Source: Octopus vulgaris
Taxonomy: Eukaryota
Direction: 5' to 3'
DNA: 64,000 bases
Assembly (NCBI GenBank): GCA_951406725.2
Contig: OX597817.1
Span: forward strand, 124,868,001-124,932,000
Shown: one piece after another, positions 13,402 through 26,361 of the stretch
Numbering within the stretch: position 1 is the stretch's first letter
Layout of the letters: each line of letters opens with the position of its first letter
Position numbers and translations under genes: made by a program
Notes under the pieces: generated by a model
The model's input: the letters and a program-made list of their open reading frames with translations, nothing else
The model's database searches: none
Told to the model about the DNA's origin: nothing

Positions 13402-13960
13402 AAATGCCCTGATGCAGTACCAGGCAGTGGCTCTCATGGCTTCTGATCTTAACTGATTGGAAGTGTTATCATGTACATTGTTTTGTCTTGGTATAAAAGA
13501 TGGGCTACAGCAAATATTCTGCTCAATACCACAGATTTGCTTGTCAGTTGTTTGACCTTAACCAGTTGAGCATGTCCCTTAGTGGCTGACGATATGTGCA
13601 TCTCTGATCACGAGCAGAAGTAGTGGGGGAGCATCATAGCCTTGTGTTGAGAAGGATTCTTTGGGGTTTGAATAGTTCACCTCTGGAAACATGGGTGGTT
13701 CTTTTAACATCCTTAAACAACCCTTATTCAGGGACCGTTTGAGCGGGATGGGCTACTCAACCTGAAGAAAATTCTAACTGGGCCCCACCTGCAAGGTCAT
13801 GTGCTGTTTATCTTGATATGAGATCACCATGTCGTGCACATATGGTTGTGATGCATGTGCCTGGTGTACCTTTATCAGACGGGTAGTCATGATGGGTATA
13901 TTGGGCTTCGTATATTTTACCCCAGTGTCACTTTGATGGCATGAACTGCTCTCTCACTCA
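13402..13960 (+). mobile_element. 560-bp non-coding interspersed element in a TAA array, copy 1
   Basis: Runs aaatgccctgatgcagtacc...ctgctctctcactca with (TAA)n on both sides. Homologous to 14001-14565 and 24991-25500. Strand assigned from the TAA orientation. Confidence 0.85.
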
Positions 13961-13963
13961 ATG

Positions 13964-14000
<37 letters not shown>

Positions 14001-14001
<1 letters not shown>

Positions 14002-14565
14002 TGCCCTGATGCAATAATAATAAATGTCAGCCAGTGGCTCTCATGGCTTCTGATCTTAACTGATTGGAAGTGTTATCATGTACATTGTTTTGTACATTGT
14101 TTTGATGGGCTACAGCAAATATTCTGCTCAATACCACAGATTTGCTTGTCAGTTGTTTGACCACAACCAGTTGAGCATGTCCCTTAGTGGCTGATGATAT
14201 GTGGTTCTCTGATCACGAGCAGAGGTAGTGGGGAAGCATCATAGCCATGTGTTGAGAGGAATTCTTTGGGGTTTAGATAATTCACCTTTGGAAGCATGGG
14301 TGTTTCATTCAACAACCTTAAACAAACCTTATTCAAGGACCTTTTGAGTAGGATGGGCTACTCGAACCGAAGAAAATTCTAACTGGGCTCCACCTACAGG
14401 GTCATGAATGGTTTATCTTGATATGAAATCACCATGTCGCACACATATTTTTGTAATGCATAGGCCTAGTGTATCGTTATCAGATGGGTAGTCATGATAG
14501 GTATACTGGGTTTCTTATATTTTACCCCAGTGTCACTTTGATGGCATGCACTGCTCTCTCACTCA
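14001..14565 (+). mobile_element. 560-bp element, copy 2 (head-to-tail with copy 1)
   Basis: More diverged copy separated from copy 1 only by (TAA)n. Confidence 0.85.
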
Positions 14566-14656
14566 ATAATAATAATAATAATAATAATGATGATGATGAT
14601 GATTATGATGATGATCATCATGATCATGATCATGATCATCATTATCTTTATTATTA

Positions 14657-14713
<57 letters not shown>

Positions 14714-14717
<4 letters not shown>

Positions 14718-16110
14718 GAACTATCATATGCTAATTTAATTAGTGAGGATACTATCTTGAGATTTAGTACCAAGTCTCGTCAAATCCCAAGTGTCTTAGG
14801 ATTCTTGCAGAATATGGGATAGCATCTTTCTGCAGGTTGACAATGTATATCTGAGTTCCAATATTCTTCAGCCTTTTAGGTAGCAGCATGGGTGTTGTGC
14901 CAAGTGCATCAAACACCAATTATCACAAAAAAAATTCTCACATTTATCATCCACAATCTCTTCATCTCTTCCGCTAGGTTCTGCTATTTCCCAATTTTCT
15001 TATGTTCTTTGATGCCCACTCACATATAGTATGGCAAAAATCTATGATCTTACATTTTTTTTTGTTCTCTATGATCATATCTGGTTTCTTTGCTTCAATA
15101 GCATGGTCAATCTTTATGGAGAATCCCATAAAATTCTGTAATTATTATTCACCATCACAGCTTCTGACTTGCGTTCATATCACATCACTTCTTTGTCACT
15201 TTCAATCCGCACACTTGGTTAACATCACAATGCACTCTTTTATCGATACAGTTATGCTTGCACTTATAGTTTTTTTCTACTAGCTTACTGCATTCACTTA
15301 TGAGACGGTTAATATTTTTGCCTTTACCACAAACCCTGTATTTTTCTCTCAGACCGAATTTCAGCTGTCTTTCTCTTTATCAAAATTCCTTAGAATGGCT
15401 TGTTCCTGAGCGGCTACATTTAGTAATTCAGTTTCTCATTCCAGGTTTCCATATCTATCAACCACAACCAGCATTCTTTACTTCCAATATCCTTCTTTTT
15501 TTTTTTTTGCAAGAATTACCCATGTAATTGTTCCTCTTTTCAAATATTCACCCTGTTAGTCTACCTTCTATTCTTGAAATGTCTTACTGTTTCAATGACT
15601 TTTTGGATATTTCTGGCTACCTTATTCTTTTTTCACAATACATAGCATGGTGTTTAAAACCTAGTATTGTAGAAAAGATGGTGTTTTTTGCATTTAACAA
15701 ACCTCTGCTTCATTCCTTTCTTGGTATGTAGAGTCTGTCGATATTACTTTTAGGGCAGCAAGCTGGGCGATATACTTAGTGGTATTTCGTCTGCAATTAT
15801 GTTCTGAGTTCAAATTTCACCGAGGTCAAGTTTGCCTTTCATCCATTCAGGGTCGATAAAATAAGTACCAATTATGCACTGGGGTCGATGTAATTGACTT
15901 AATCTGTCTGTCTTTGTTTGTTCCTTCTATGTTTATCCCCCTGTGGGCAATATAGAAATAGATATTACTTTTAAGGTATATACATTGTGCAAAGTGAGTA
16001 GCTTCCTAGTTCTTATATCTGTTTCCTATATCTCTTTTTTTGTCTAATTTAGAAAAGGAGCGGAGTGTCTCAGTACTAGCATGGCAAGTGCAATGACTGC
16101 CTTGATAACA
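14714..16110 (-). mobile_element. RLE-type (R4/Dong-like) LINE fragment interrupted by a SINE
   Basis: Minus strand has WDSP*RLTMLLKQRNQ-like frameshifted RLE tail with KPDMII. The 3' end abuts (TAA)n at 14714. Confidence 0.7.
15753..15960 (+). mobile_element. tRNA-derived SINE, family B (Meta-domain-like), with 13-bp TSD
   Basis: Core tttgcctttcatccattcagggtcgataaaataagtacc. Flanked by gatattactttta at 15740-15752 and 15961-15973. Confidence 0.85.
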
Positions 16111-16127
16111 TTACCCCCGATTAGCAA

Positions 16128-16325
16128 AGGCATGTGGCTTAGTGGATAGGGTGTTCATTTCATGATCATAAGGTTGTGTGTTCAATTCCGTGTGACGCAT
16201 TGTATCCTTGAGCAAGACACTTTATTTCACATTGCCCCAGTCAATTCAGCTGGCAAAAATGAGTAGTATCTGTATCCCAAAGGGCCAGCCTTATCACATT
16301 CAGTGTCATGCTGAATTCCCTGAGA
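16128..16325 (+). mobile_element. tRNA-derived SINE, family C (CORE-like)
   Basis: tggcttagtgg...gttcaattcc then ccttgagcaagacactttatttcacattg...aaaaatgagta. Further copies at ~31510-31745 (-), 35390-35520 and 35675-35925. Confidence 0.75.
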
Positions 16326-16344
16326 ATAATAAACTACTGCCCAA

Positions 16345-17580
16345 CTGTCATCCTTTGCTCCTCTTAATGACTGAATGGGCTGGTGTGTTTGTGCTTCTGC
16401 TTCTCAGATAGTCCATTTGCTGTCAGTGGCCATTGTACTGAGGACTGGGCATGTCGTGGCTGAGGATGTGCAGACATGCACTGAGGCTGCAACATCTCCA
16501 CCGACACCGACACCTCAATGGTGAGCATCTGTGGTTGACGTTTGTTGAATGCATATTTCTGTAGCTCATCTCCTTGACAGAGCTACAGTCCTGGATCAGG
16601 CATAGACTGAGGCAGGGTGCTTGGCATCAAGAGTTTCTCCAAGCACTCACAGCTCTGGACCAGTTGGGAAATGTGGTCAGTGGAACTTTCATCTTAGAGT
16701 TCTATAGGGGATTAGTGGAGGTCAAGAGCGAAGACATACTCGAGAGGTCCTGAGCATCAGGGGGTATCAACTGGCTGGTGTCTTCCAGAGAACTTTTGGG
16801 CTGGGAACTTTGGATAACTTCCAGAAATTCCTACCCTGGCAGTGCTACCAGGGGATGCTGCCAGTTTGGGATAAGCTCTACAGTCACGGGAGTGCAGTCA
16901 GTTGGGCTTGTCTGAGATGCATGTGGAGCTATAAAACAGTTCTGCATGCTGTCGTACAGTGTCTGTGCATTGCTCATTTGTGGAGATTTGTCGAACAGTT
17001 ATTGTCACATGTAGGACAGATCCAACTATTGTCTGAGTCTATTGTGAAGATCACTCTGCCTCCTTCCTTTGGCCGGGAAGGGAGAACAATTTTTCCCTGT
17101 CTGATGGTTATGGCAAAAGAGGTTGTGTTGTTAACACGATTGAAAGGGTTGGAGATGAGTACCTTCCTCTTTGGCTAAGGCCTCATTGACTTTTCCAGAT
17201 TCCAACTAAAAAGGAAAGTGAGGCTGGGATGGGAGCTACTGCCACCCAGTAAGTTCATTGAAAGGTGGTTGAACGGGGTAGGAATTGCCCACGTGAATTG
17301 GGCCTGCTCTAAATGTGCAACTGTAGGCCAGATGTAAGGGAGAGGAGAGGGTACCTTCCTGAGGAACTGTTGGTGTTGAGAAGTTCAAAAGGTGTGAGGT
17401 CTCTTTGGTCACCTTACGGTGGAATTAAACCCCTATCAGGGAAGCATATTGTTGATTTAATCTCTTTGTTAATCATTGTTTTTGTTTGCTTTTTACACAT
17501 TTAACCTCAATGTTCTTCGTCTGTGCATCATTCCCTATGTTTTATGTTCGGCCCTGGTGTCCAATAAAGAAAGTATTCTT
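16345..17580 (+). mobile_element. Tx1/L1-clade LINE 3' fragment
   Basis: ORF 16810-17178 has LPVWDKLY...CLRC...TVLHAVVQC...LWRFVEQLL (CCHC knuckle of L1/Tx1 ORF2). AATAAA lies at ~17563. Confidence 0.7.
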
Positions 17581-17602
17581 AAAATTAATATTATTGTTAT
17601 TG

Positions 17603-18538
17603 TTATTGCCTCCATTTTCACTAAGGTGGAGAAATTGTTTTCAGTGTGTTTGTTTGTTTGTTTGTCCGTGGACAAGATATCTCAAAAACTGCTGGATAGA
17701 TTCAGATGAAACTTTCAGAAATGTTTGGCCTCATGACTGGCACAAACTGATGAGATTTTGGGAACAATCTGGTACGGAACAAGGATTCTGGATCATTTGT
17801 TATATTAACTTTATTTACATAAAGAAATATGATCTTACGTTCAAGTCTTTCTCTGATTATCTCCCTTGAAAGCACACTCCTGGTTTCCATAGTTTTATTT
17901 TCATTTCTCTATTCTTAATTTTATTTGCATCTCTATCTTAGTAGAAACTGATGGATAAAGATATCGAACTACATAAACAAACGGCAGCAAAACCGTTCAG
18001 AAATTAAATAACACTAACATATTCAGTAACAATAATTATTTCAATTTATCCTTGACAAATTTTTCTTTTACTACCAATTTTGAATATATCACTCCTGTTT
18101 AAAACTTTTTACCTACTTGACAATTGCATTTCTAGCTCTGCCTTAAAGGAAGCATTACTTATTGGACTGTTAAACCTCTGTTAACAGCATCGTGTGTATG
18201 TCCTTTCCCTTTTCTTTCATGCACAGATAAATTTGTCACTATAGTCATAAAGACACTATATCAGTGGATAGACTAAAATTTTCATTATAGTCATAAAGAC
18301 TATATCAGCATATAGACTAAAAAAGGCCTTCATAGAGAAAACTGTCCTTTTTACCGCTGCAGACGCCAAACAAACAGCATTATAAATATGGTCCGCACAC
18401 CCACCTTCACATACCATGTCTACTATTAGGATCGATCAGGTTTACCGGACAAGGATTCTGGATTATTCATTTTAAAAAATCATCTCTGGCTAATCATTGG
18501 TGTTGCTTTGGTGAAGGTCTGCACTCTCTGAGTGCTTT
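17603..18538 (+). mobile_element. Non-autonomous Helentron-type element (HINE/DINE-1-like)
   Basis: 5' ttattgcctcc...ggtggag, (GTTT)n, internal repeats of acaaggattctggat, 3' ggtgaaggt and terminal hairpin gcactc-tct-gagtgc before TTT. Confidence 0.7.
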
Positions 18539-18548
18539 GTTATCATCA

Positions 18549-18595
<47 letters not shown>

Positions 18596-18598
<3 letters not shown>

Positions 18599-20153
18599 TA
18601 GTTTTATTTTTATAGCGTGCTTTCACTTCACTACCGAGCGCAGCTCTGTGTGCCTTGGGTATGTGCTGTGATTTGTTGTGATGCTCTGATGGTTATTGTA
18701 TAGAAAGTGTTCTGCGTAGGATGTGTGCAGTGCCTAGTAGTGCAATTTTCTGTATGTTATATGTGTTTGTAAGTCCTGGTGTTTTTGTTATGTATTTGTC
18801 TGAATATTTTTTTATCATGCCTAATGCACCTACTATGATAGGAATTGTTTCTGTCTTCAGGTTCCACATTCTAGTTACCTCTATTTCCAGGTCTTTGTAT
18901 TTTGAGAGTTTCTCCATTTCTTTTAGAGACACGTTGTCATCTGCCGGTATTGATACATCAATTAGTAAGCATTTTTTTCTTCATGATCTCTGACAACTAT
19001 ATCTGGTCTGTTGGCCTTAATTTCTCTATCTGTGTGTATCGGCATATCCCAGAGTATGGTTACTTTCTCGTTTTTTGTGACCTTTTCTGGTATGTGCCTA
19101 TACCATCTTTTTTCTGTTGTTATTCCATAATGTTGGCATAGCTTCCAATGTATGTAGGTTCCAACTCTGTCATGTCTGTGAATATATTCCTTCTTAGCCA
19201 GGACTGGGCAGCTAGAGATAATATGATTTATTGTTTCTTGTCCATCTCCACATATTCTGCAGTTACTTATAATATTTCTTTTCATTACATGTTTTTGGTA
19301 ATTTCTGGTGGGGAGGCTTTGGTCTTGTGCTGCAATTAAAAATCCCTCTGTTTCTGCTTTGAGTCCTGAGCTTCTCAACCATTGCTGGGATTTTTCTTTG
19401 TTTATTTCTTTTGCGTTTAGTTTAGTGCAGTATTTACCATGAAGGGGCTTTTCTTGCCATCGTTTTATCATGGCTCGTTGCTGTTCTATTTTTAGTTTGG
19501 ATTTCATTTGTTTTATAGCTTTTGTTGTTTCTTCATCATCTTCTTCTTCTTCTTTGTGTTTATTAGGTGGTATGATTTCTTGTTTGTATTTGTCAGCTTC
19601 CTTAAATACTGAGAACAGTTTTTTGTCTTGCTCGTGTTTTGCTGCTATCTGGATCAGCTTTCCTTCCTTCTGAAGTAGATATTTTTGCAGTCCTATGGTG
19701 GTTATTTTATAGTAGTTTTCCAGCTGTATAAGGCCTCTACCACCTTCTATACGTTGTATATATAGTCTTTCTATGTCAGATTTTGGGTGATGCATCCTAG
19801 ATCCTGTCAGTATTTTCTTGTTTTCCTATCTATTTTGGACAGTTCATTTCGTGTCCAGTTAAGGATATTGTAGCTGTAACTTATAACTGGGACAGCTAAA
19901 GTGTTGATACCTATTATCTTGTTTTTAGCATTGAGCTCTGTTTTTAGTATTGATCTAACTCGTCTATAATATTCTTTTTTATTTTCTCTTTCATTTGTGT
20001 GTGTTGTGTCTTATCTAGTTCATGGATTCCTAAGTATTTGTAAGTTTGGCTTTGGTCTAATTCTTTTATTTCATTGGTTTTATCTAGTGTGATGTTGTTA
20101 CTCTTAACTAGTTTTCCTCTTTTCATGGTTACTTTGGCGCATTTTTCTAATCC
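18596..20153 (-). pseudogene. Young 5'-truncated R4/Dong-like LINE (post-RT region, CCHC knuckle, RLE) inside a (TAA)n array
   Basis: ORFs 19944-20126, 18962-19795 (LKAETEGFLIAAQDQSL, CRICGDGQETINHIISSC, RHDRV, NRPDIVV) and 18693-18932 (KYKDLEIE...IPIIVGALG). (TTA)n on both sides. Confidence 0.93.
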
Positions 20154-20189
<36 letters not shown>

Positions 20190-20222
20190 TATTATTATTA
20201 TTATTACGATTATTATTGTTAC

Positions 20223-20256
<34 letters not shown>

Positions 20257-20332
20257 TATTACTTGTAGTCATCATCATTACAGTCATCATTATCATCATC
20301 ATCATCATCATCATCCTCATCATCATTATTAT

Positions 20333-20980
20333 TTCTCCTTATCTCAGGGTTTATTAGAGCTCCTGGAGTCTTACATGCATAGCAGGCTTGCTACCTGCAG
20401 CCTACGGTATCATGCTATCCATTCTTTTCAGCTATCTAATACTTTCCTGATTATTCTGGTTGTGCTAAGGAGGCACACCTTTTGTAACAGTTCTACTGGG
20501 CACTCTATTCTAATTTCCTTTATATTCCACTTGATGCCTTCTGATACTGTTCCCAAGGACCCAACAATAATTGGCACTATCTTCACTGTCATTTTCCCTA
20601 GCTGGGCTATTTTGTACTTAAGTGGGTTATATTTATCCATCTTTTCACCTTCCTTCTTGGCTATTCGTGGGTCAAAGGGTCATGCAGCATCAACTATATA
20701 GCATGTATGGTGCATCGTGTCCACCACCACTAGGTCTGGTCTGTTATGCTCTAGCACCTGATCTGTTTGGATTGGGAAATCCCAGAGGATTTTGCTAGTC
20801 TTCAACTCTGCCACTCTCTGTGGCTTATGCTCATACCATGTCTTGCCTCTCTCTAGCCCCCTCTTTTCATAGATCTTCCAATGTAGCACTTTCACTACCT
20901 GATCATGCTGCAACAACCTGTAGTGGTTTTGAGCAAGTCTAGGGCATTCGTTTGTGATATGAGCAATGGTTTCATCCAAT
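20333..20980 (-). mobile_element. Second R4/Dong-like family 3' fragment
   Basis: ORFs 20680-20979 (ETIAHITNECP...HNRPDLVVVD) and 20428-20640 (KIVPIIVGSLG). Ends at a TAA/TGA array. Confidence 0.88.
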
Positions 20981-21855
20981 TTATTGCCTTTCTTCAGTCC
21001 ACTGTAAAACAGTCTCTTAGGGTGTCACATGTCAGGCATTCAAACAAGGTGGCCTTTCCACTTGACTTGTGCTCTTCTCAGCAGTATTTAAATGCCTGGC
21101 AGATCACCTCAAGAGGGGACCTCTGTATCTGGGACCTTGTCCTGCCAAGTAATCTACAACAGCTTTTTCAGCAGTTCATATGAAAGTGGTTTAACTTTTT
21201 GTCATGACAGTCATAAGACATCCAAATCATTCAGGCGTACAATAGCATAGGTAGTACATCTGCTTGGGACCCTTTCTTCCTGGTGGCCTGAGCAATGCCC
21301 CTCCTCTCCCATACTGATTCACTCGAATGTTGAGCTTCTCCTGGTGAGGAGCATATGGACCTTATAATCAATGTTCACAGATCTGAAGAGTGTGCTACTA
21401 GTGGTATGTGAACATATCAACAACCTTCATGGTTTCCCCTTAACAGTGATAGTTGGTTCCACATATGGCTTCTGCAGGGCAGGTTGGTGCATGACATCTG
21501 TCTTCTGATTGTGAAGCCAAATTCATTAGTATGATGCATCAGTTTCATGATGACATGCTCGCTCAAGTAGTGAACAGTGGAGATTTTTCTGACACATTCC
21601 CAGTCACTAATGGAGTCAAGCAGGGCTGTCTACATGTACCTAAGCTGTTAAGCACGATTTTCTCGACCATGCAGTCAGATTCCTTCTACAACGATGATAA
21701 AACCAGAACAAAGATCAGATACAGGTCTGATGGCAGAATCTTCGACCTGTGAAGGCTACAGGTCAAGACTAAGCTGGAAGAGAACACAGTGCACAATTTC
21801 CTGTTCACAGATGACTGCACACTCATTGCTGCCATAGAGGCACAGCTGCAAAATG
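20981..21855. mobile_element. BovB-like RTE LINE fragment in two oppositely oriented halves
   Basis: Plus 21531-21855 reads HQFHDDM...GVKQGC...YRSDGRIFDL...FLFTDDC. Minus 21530-20981 reads FGFTI...KTDVMHQP...VWERRGI...ITWQDKVPDTEV...PKRLFY. Confidence 0.85.
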
Positions 21856-21857
21856 CT

Positions 21858-22030
21858 CAGTGGCACTTTTACTTCTGATGTTATGTTCTGAGTTCAAATA
21901 GTTTTATGGTCGACTTTGCTTTTCATCCTTTTGGAATTGATAAAATAAATACCAGTTGAGCCCTGGAGTTGATGTAATCAACTAACCACCTCTCTCAAAA
22001 TTTCTGGCTTTGTGCCAAAATTTGAAACTA
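21858..22030 (+). mobile_element. SINE family B copy
   Basis: gagttcaaat...gactttgcttttcatccttttggaattgataaaataaatacc...tgtgccaaaatttgaaac. Confidence 0.75.
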
Positions 22031-22050
22031 CTACTGTCACCATCACCCCA

Positions 22051-22273
<223 letters not shown>

Positions 22274-23284
22274 CCATTTCCTACATATGCACAAGGTTTT
22301 TTTATTTATGAGAAGGGCTAAAGCCATATATAACTGTCCAGTGCTTGGTTGGTACTTGTTTTATTGACCTCAAGAAGGGGATATTTTTCAGCAGCATTTG
22401 AACTCAGAATATAAAGGATGCAATTAAATATTACCACACTAACAATTCTGTCATTCCTCCTCTCCCTCCTCCTCCTGCAGAGGATGATAACAAGGGGAAA
22501 GACGAGGAGGATTTCTCAGATTAGCACACTGCTGTGAAATTTTTTGGTGTTGTCAATTTCAATTTTACACCATTAGATATCTGGTACTCACTTTCTTCAA
22601 TCCCCAGAAAGATGGAAAGTACAGCTGACCTCAGAGAGACACGTCATCTCTGAATACAGACATATCATAGTAAATTTGGTCATGCACTCTGTTATCATAT
22701 TTCCACCACTTCCAATCATGAAGGACACTTTATTGTCAGATTTACCAAAATGGAGTAACATTTTTGCACCTTGTACAATCAATATACAACTTATCAACAG
22801 ACACTTCAAAATATCTTTGCTCTAACTTCATTTCAGACGTCTGCTTTTACATGTTTTCTGTTCAATTATTCAATATGCTAGGAAACCTATTCAGAGATGT
22901 GAAAGAAAACACATTTCGAATGTCTGGATAGAGGCTTAAAATAGTTTCTACATTTACTCTCCTTAGCAGACGGGCTAAATATTTAAACTGTTTCCCGTAT
23001 TCCTCTAGTAATTTTTCTCTTAATCTCATTGCTTATGTGTACATGTATGAAAAGTGTAATAGTTTGTAACCTTTGGAATAAAGTGTGACACATCTCAAAA
23101 TCTTTATTTTGTTTTTGCCATTTTTGCCTCTAACACATTTATATCCATGTTTCCATGTTCCATATTTACTCCCCTTAGTAGATTGAATAAATATTTAAAT
23201 CATTTCCTGTATTCCAATTGTAATTTCATTGTATATGTTGTATGTTTGTGTATCTGAGTGCATATGTCTGTATATAACACACAT

Positions 23285-23333
<49 letters not shown>

Positions 23334-24184
23334 CACCCACACATACATACACATACACATATATATATATTAAAATGTGTGTACAAATATGTGCGTCTTT
23401 GTGTTCATGTTTTATAATGTATGTACATATGTATGTAAAAATGAAAAGTCTGATAGTTTGTAACCTTTCGAATTATGCATGAAACATTTCAAAACTTTTT
23501 TTGCTTTGTGCATAAATGTTTTATATTCCTGTTTCCATGCCCATTGAAGCATAGGTGCATTTATAGGTCTTGTACAGTTGGGCATTTACATAGTTTTGGA
23601 ATAAGTACTTTTACAACTATTTTTGTAATTTTTTTTCCTTGCTATTATGCATTCAATCAATTCAGAACGATATTTGAAATCCTGTACACGAATATTTGCA
23701 ATGGTTTAAACAGGATTGTAATTGTGAAATAAATCTAAAAGCATTTATAAATATTCTTGCATATCTCTGTTGTCACATTTCCAATTCAGCTGTATCTCTA
23801 CATACAATTTTATATTAACAAATAATTTGTTGAATTATACATAAATTCAAAACACAGTTTGTTGTGAAACACACATATATATCCATATAAAATAAAACTA
23901 ATACAATATATGAATATTAGGATGGCTTGCATGAATATTAGAAGCAAAAACAATTGCCAAAGCATAAAATGTGGTTTCTTTGAATTATGACAATTGATTC
24001 TGTATTGTCCATAGTTCACCTAGCTGCAGAAACAGTTGCTGCTGCAGTTGCCACAACTCCAGCTGCTGCTGCTGCTGATGCTGCTACTACTACTACTACT
24101 AATAATAATGATACTACTACTACTACTACTACTACCACTACTACTACTACTACTACTCTGTTGCTGCTATAACAATAATAATAA

Positions 24185-24860
24185 TGCTTTATTCTATAGG
24201 CACAAGGAAGGCCTGAAATTTTGGGGGAGAGGGTCAGTCAATTAGATCGACCCCAGTACGCAACTGGTACTTAATTTATCGACCCTAAAAGGATGAAAAG
24301 CAAAGTCAACCGTGGCGGAATTTGAACTCAGGACATAAGGACAGACAAAATGCCGCTAAGCATTTTGCCTGCTATGATTCTGCCAGCTTATAACAATAAT
24401 AATAACAAAACAATAACATCCTCAGCATTGTAGTCATCATCATCAATAATGCTATTATTATTATCATTAAGGAGGTAAGATGGTGGAATCGTTGGCACAG
24501 TGGGCAATTTGTCTGTTTTTAAGTTTTGAGTTTAAATTCCACTGAGGTCAACTTTCCCTTCCATCTGTCCAGGGTTCAATAAAATAAGTACCAGTTAAAC
24601 ATTGGGATCAAACTAATCAACTTACTCCCTCACCGAAATTGCTGCCCTTGTGCCAAAATTTGAAAATATTACTATCATTACCATTATATTTTAAGGTGGC
24701 AAGTTGGTAGATTTGGTAACACGTTGGGCAAAATGCTCAGTAGCATTTTGTCCAGTTTTATATTCTTTGTTCAAATTCTGCCAAGTTCAGTTTTGCCTTC
24801 CATCCGTTCAGGATCGATGAAATAAGTACCAGTAAAGCTTTGGCATCGATGTAATCAACT
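24185..24860. mobile_element. Cluster of three SINE family B copies (one minus, two plus)
   Basis: ~24185-24390 (-), ~24470-24665 (+) and ~24695-24860 (+), each with the ttccatc...gataaaataagtacc core. Confidence 0.8.
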
Positions 24861-24930
24861 TCAGGTGTTGTACCTATAGTAGAAAGGATTATTATTATAA
24901 TCATACTATTGTTCTTGTTGTTGTTGTTAA

Positions 24931-24990
<60 letters not shown>

Positions 24991-24991
<1 letters not shown>

Positions 24992-25500
24992 GAGTGAGAG
25001 AGCAGTGCATGCCATCAAAGTGACACTGGGGTAAAAATATACAAAGCCCAGGATACCCATCATGACTACCAGTCTGATAAGGGTACACTAGGCACATGCA
25101 TCACAACCACATGTACGCGACATGGTGATCTTATATCAAGATAAACAGTGCATGACCTTGCAGGTGGGGCCCAGTTAGAATTTTCTCCTGGTCGCGTAAC
25201 CCATCCCGCTCAAAAGGTCCCTGAATAAGGGTTGTTTAAGGACATTGAATGAAACACCCAAAGAATCCCTCTCGACACATGGCTATGATGCTCCTCCACT
25301 ACTTCTGCTCGTGATCAGAGATGCACATATCATCATCCACTAAAGGACATGCTCTACTGGTTAAGGTCAAACAACTGACAAGCAAATCTGTGGTATTGAG
25401 CAAAATATTTGCTGTAGCCCATCTTTTATACTGAGACAAAACAATGTACATGATAGCACTTCCAATCAGTTAAGATCAGAGGCCATGAGAGCCACTGCCT
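24991..25500 (-). mobile_element. 560-bp element, copy 3
   Basis: Reverse-complement homolog of 13402-13960 with a small internal deletion; (TTA)n on both sides. Confidence 0.85.
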
Positions 25501-25501
25501 T

Positions 25502-25536
<35 letters not shown>

Positions 25537-25539
25537 TAT

Positions 25540-25580
<41 letters not shown>

Positions 25581-26310
25581 TTTCATTGTCTTTTCACAGT
25601 TTCTAATGTTGGAGATATACTACAGTGTCGGCTGTTCACACCCCTTATTTTTTGAGCACCATCCAGACTATTTGAGCAGTTCCAATCAGTGCTGTTTTCT
25701 GCAAGTGCTCCACCCTTATTGCAAACCCTATTTGTTCCATATACTTCTCAAGATTTTTAATCACTGTTTTCAGGGCTCTGACAGTTATTGGTACTACTAC
25801 CACCTTTTACAGTGACCACAATTGCATAACCTCCCAAGCTAATCTGTCATATCTATCAGCTTTTTTCTTCCTTATTGCATTCTGTGTTGTCAGCTGGGCA
25901 TGCTATATCTATGATCCAGCATAGTTTGGTTTCTTTCTCAATTAACACTATGTCCAGTTTCCTATTCTCTATCTCACAGTCACACTAAATCATAAAATCC
26001 CATAGGATCTTTGTGTTATCACTTTCAATAATGCCTTCATGTTTATGTTCGTACCACTTTTTTGCTCTGTCAAGTCCATACTTGTTGCATCGTGTCCAAT
26101 AGACAATCCTTGCTATATTGTCCTGATGTCTCATATTCTTTTTGGGTTAGTGGTGTACAATGACTGGTAATATGCCATATGGTTTCAGCATTTTGTCCAC
26201 AAATCTTGCACTTATCACTTTCTGATGTATTGTCTATTTTGTATTTGATGTAATTGGTTCTTAATGCTTGTTCTTGGGCAGCACAGATTAAAGCCTCCAA
26301 TTCCAGTTTT
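25581..26310 (-). mobile_element. R4/Dong-like LINE 3' fragment between trinucleotide arrays
   Basis: ORF 26070-26300 reads EALICAAQEQALRTNY...KCKICGQNAETIWHITSHC. Flanked by (TAG/TTA)n and (CAT/TAT)n. Confidence 0.88.
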
Positions 26311-26318
26311 CATCATCA

Positions 26319-26361
<43 letters not shown>

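Noticed and set aside
13402-13460. Possible HDV-like ribozyme at the 5' end of the 560-bp element
   Set aside because: A P3/L3-like segment is present, but I could not find P1 or P2 pairing.
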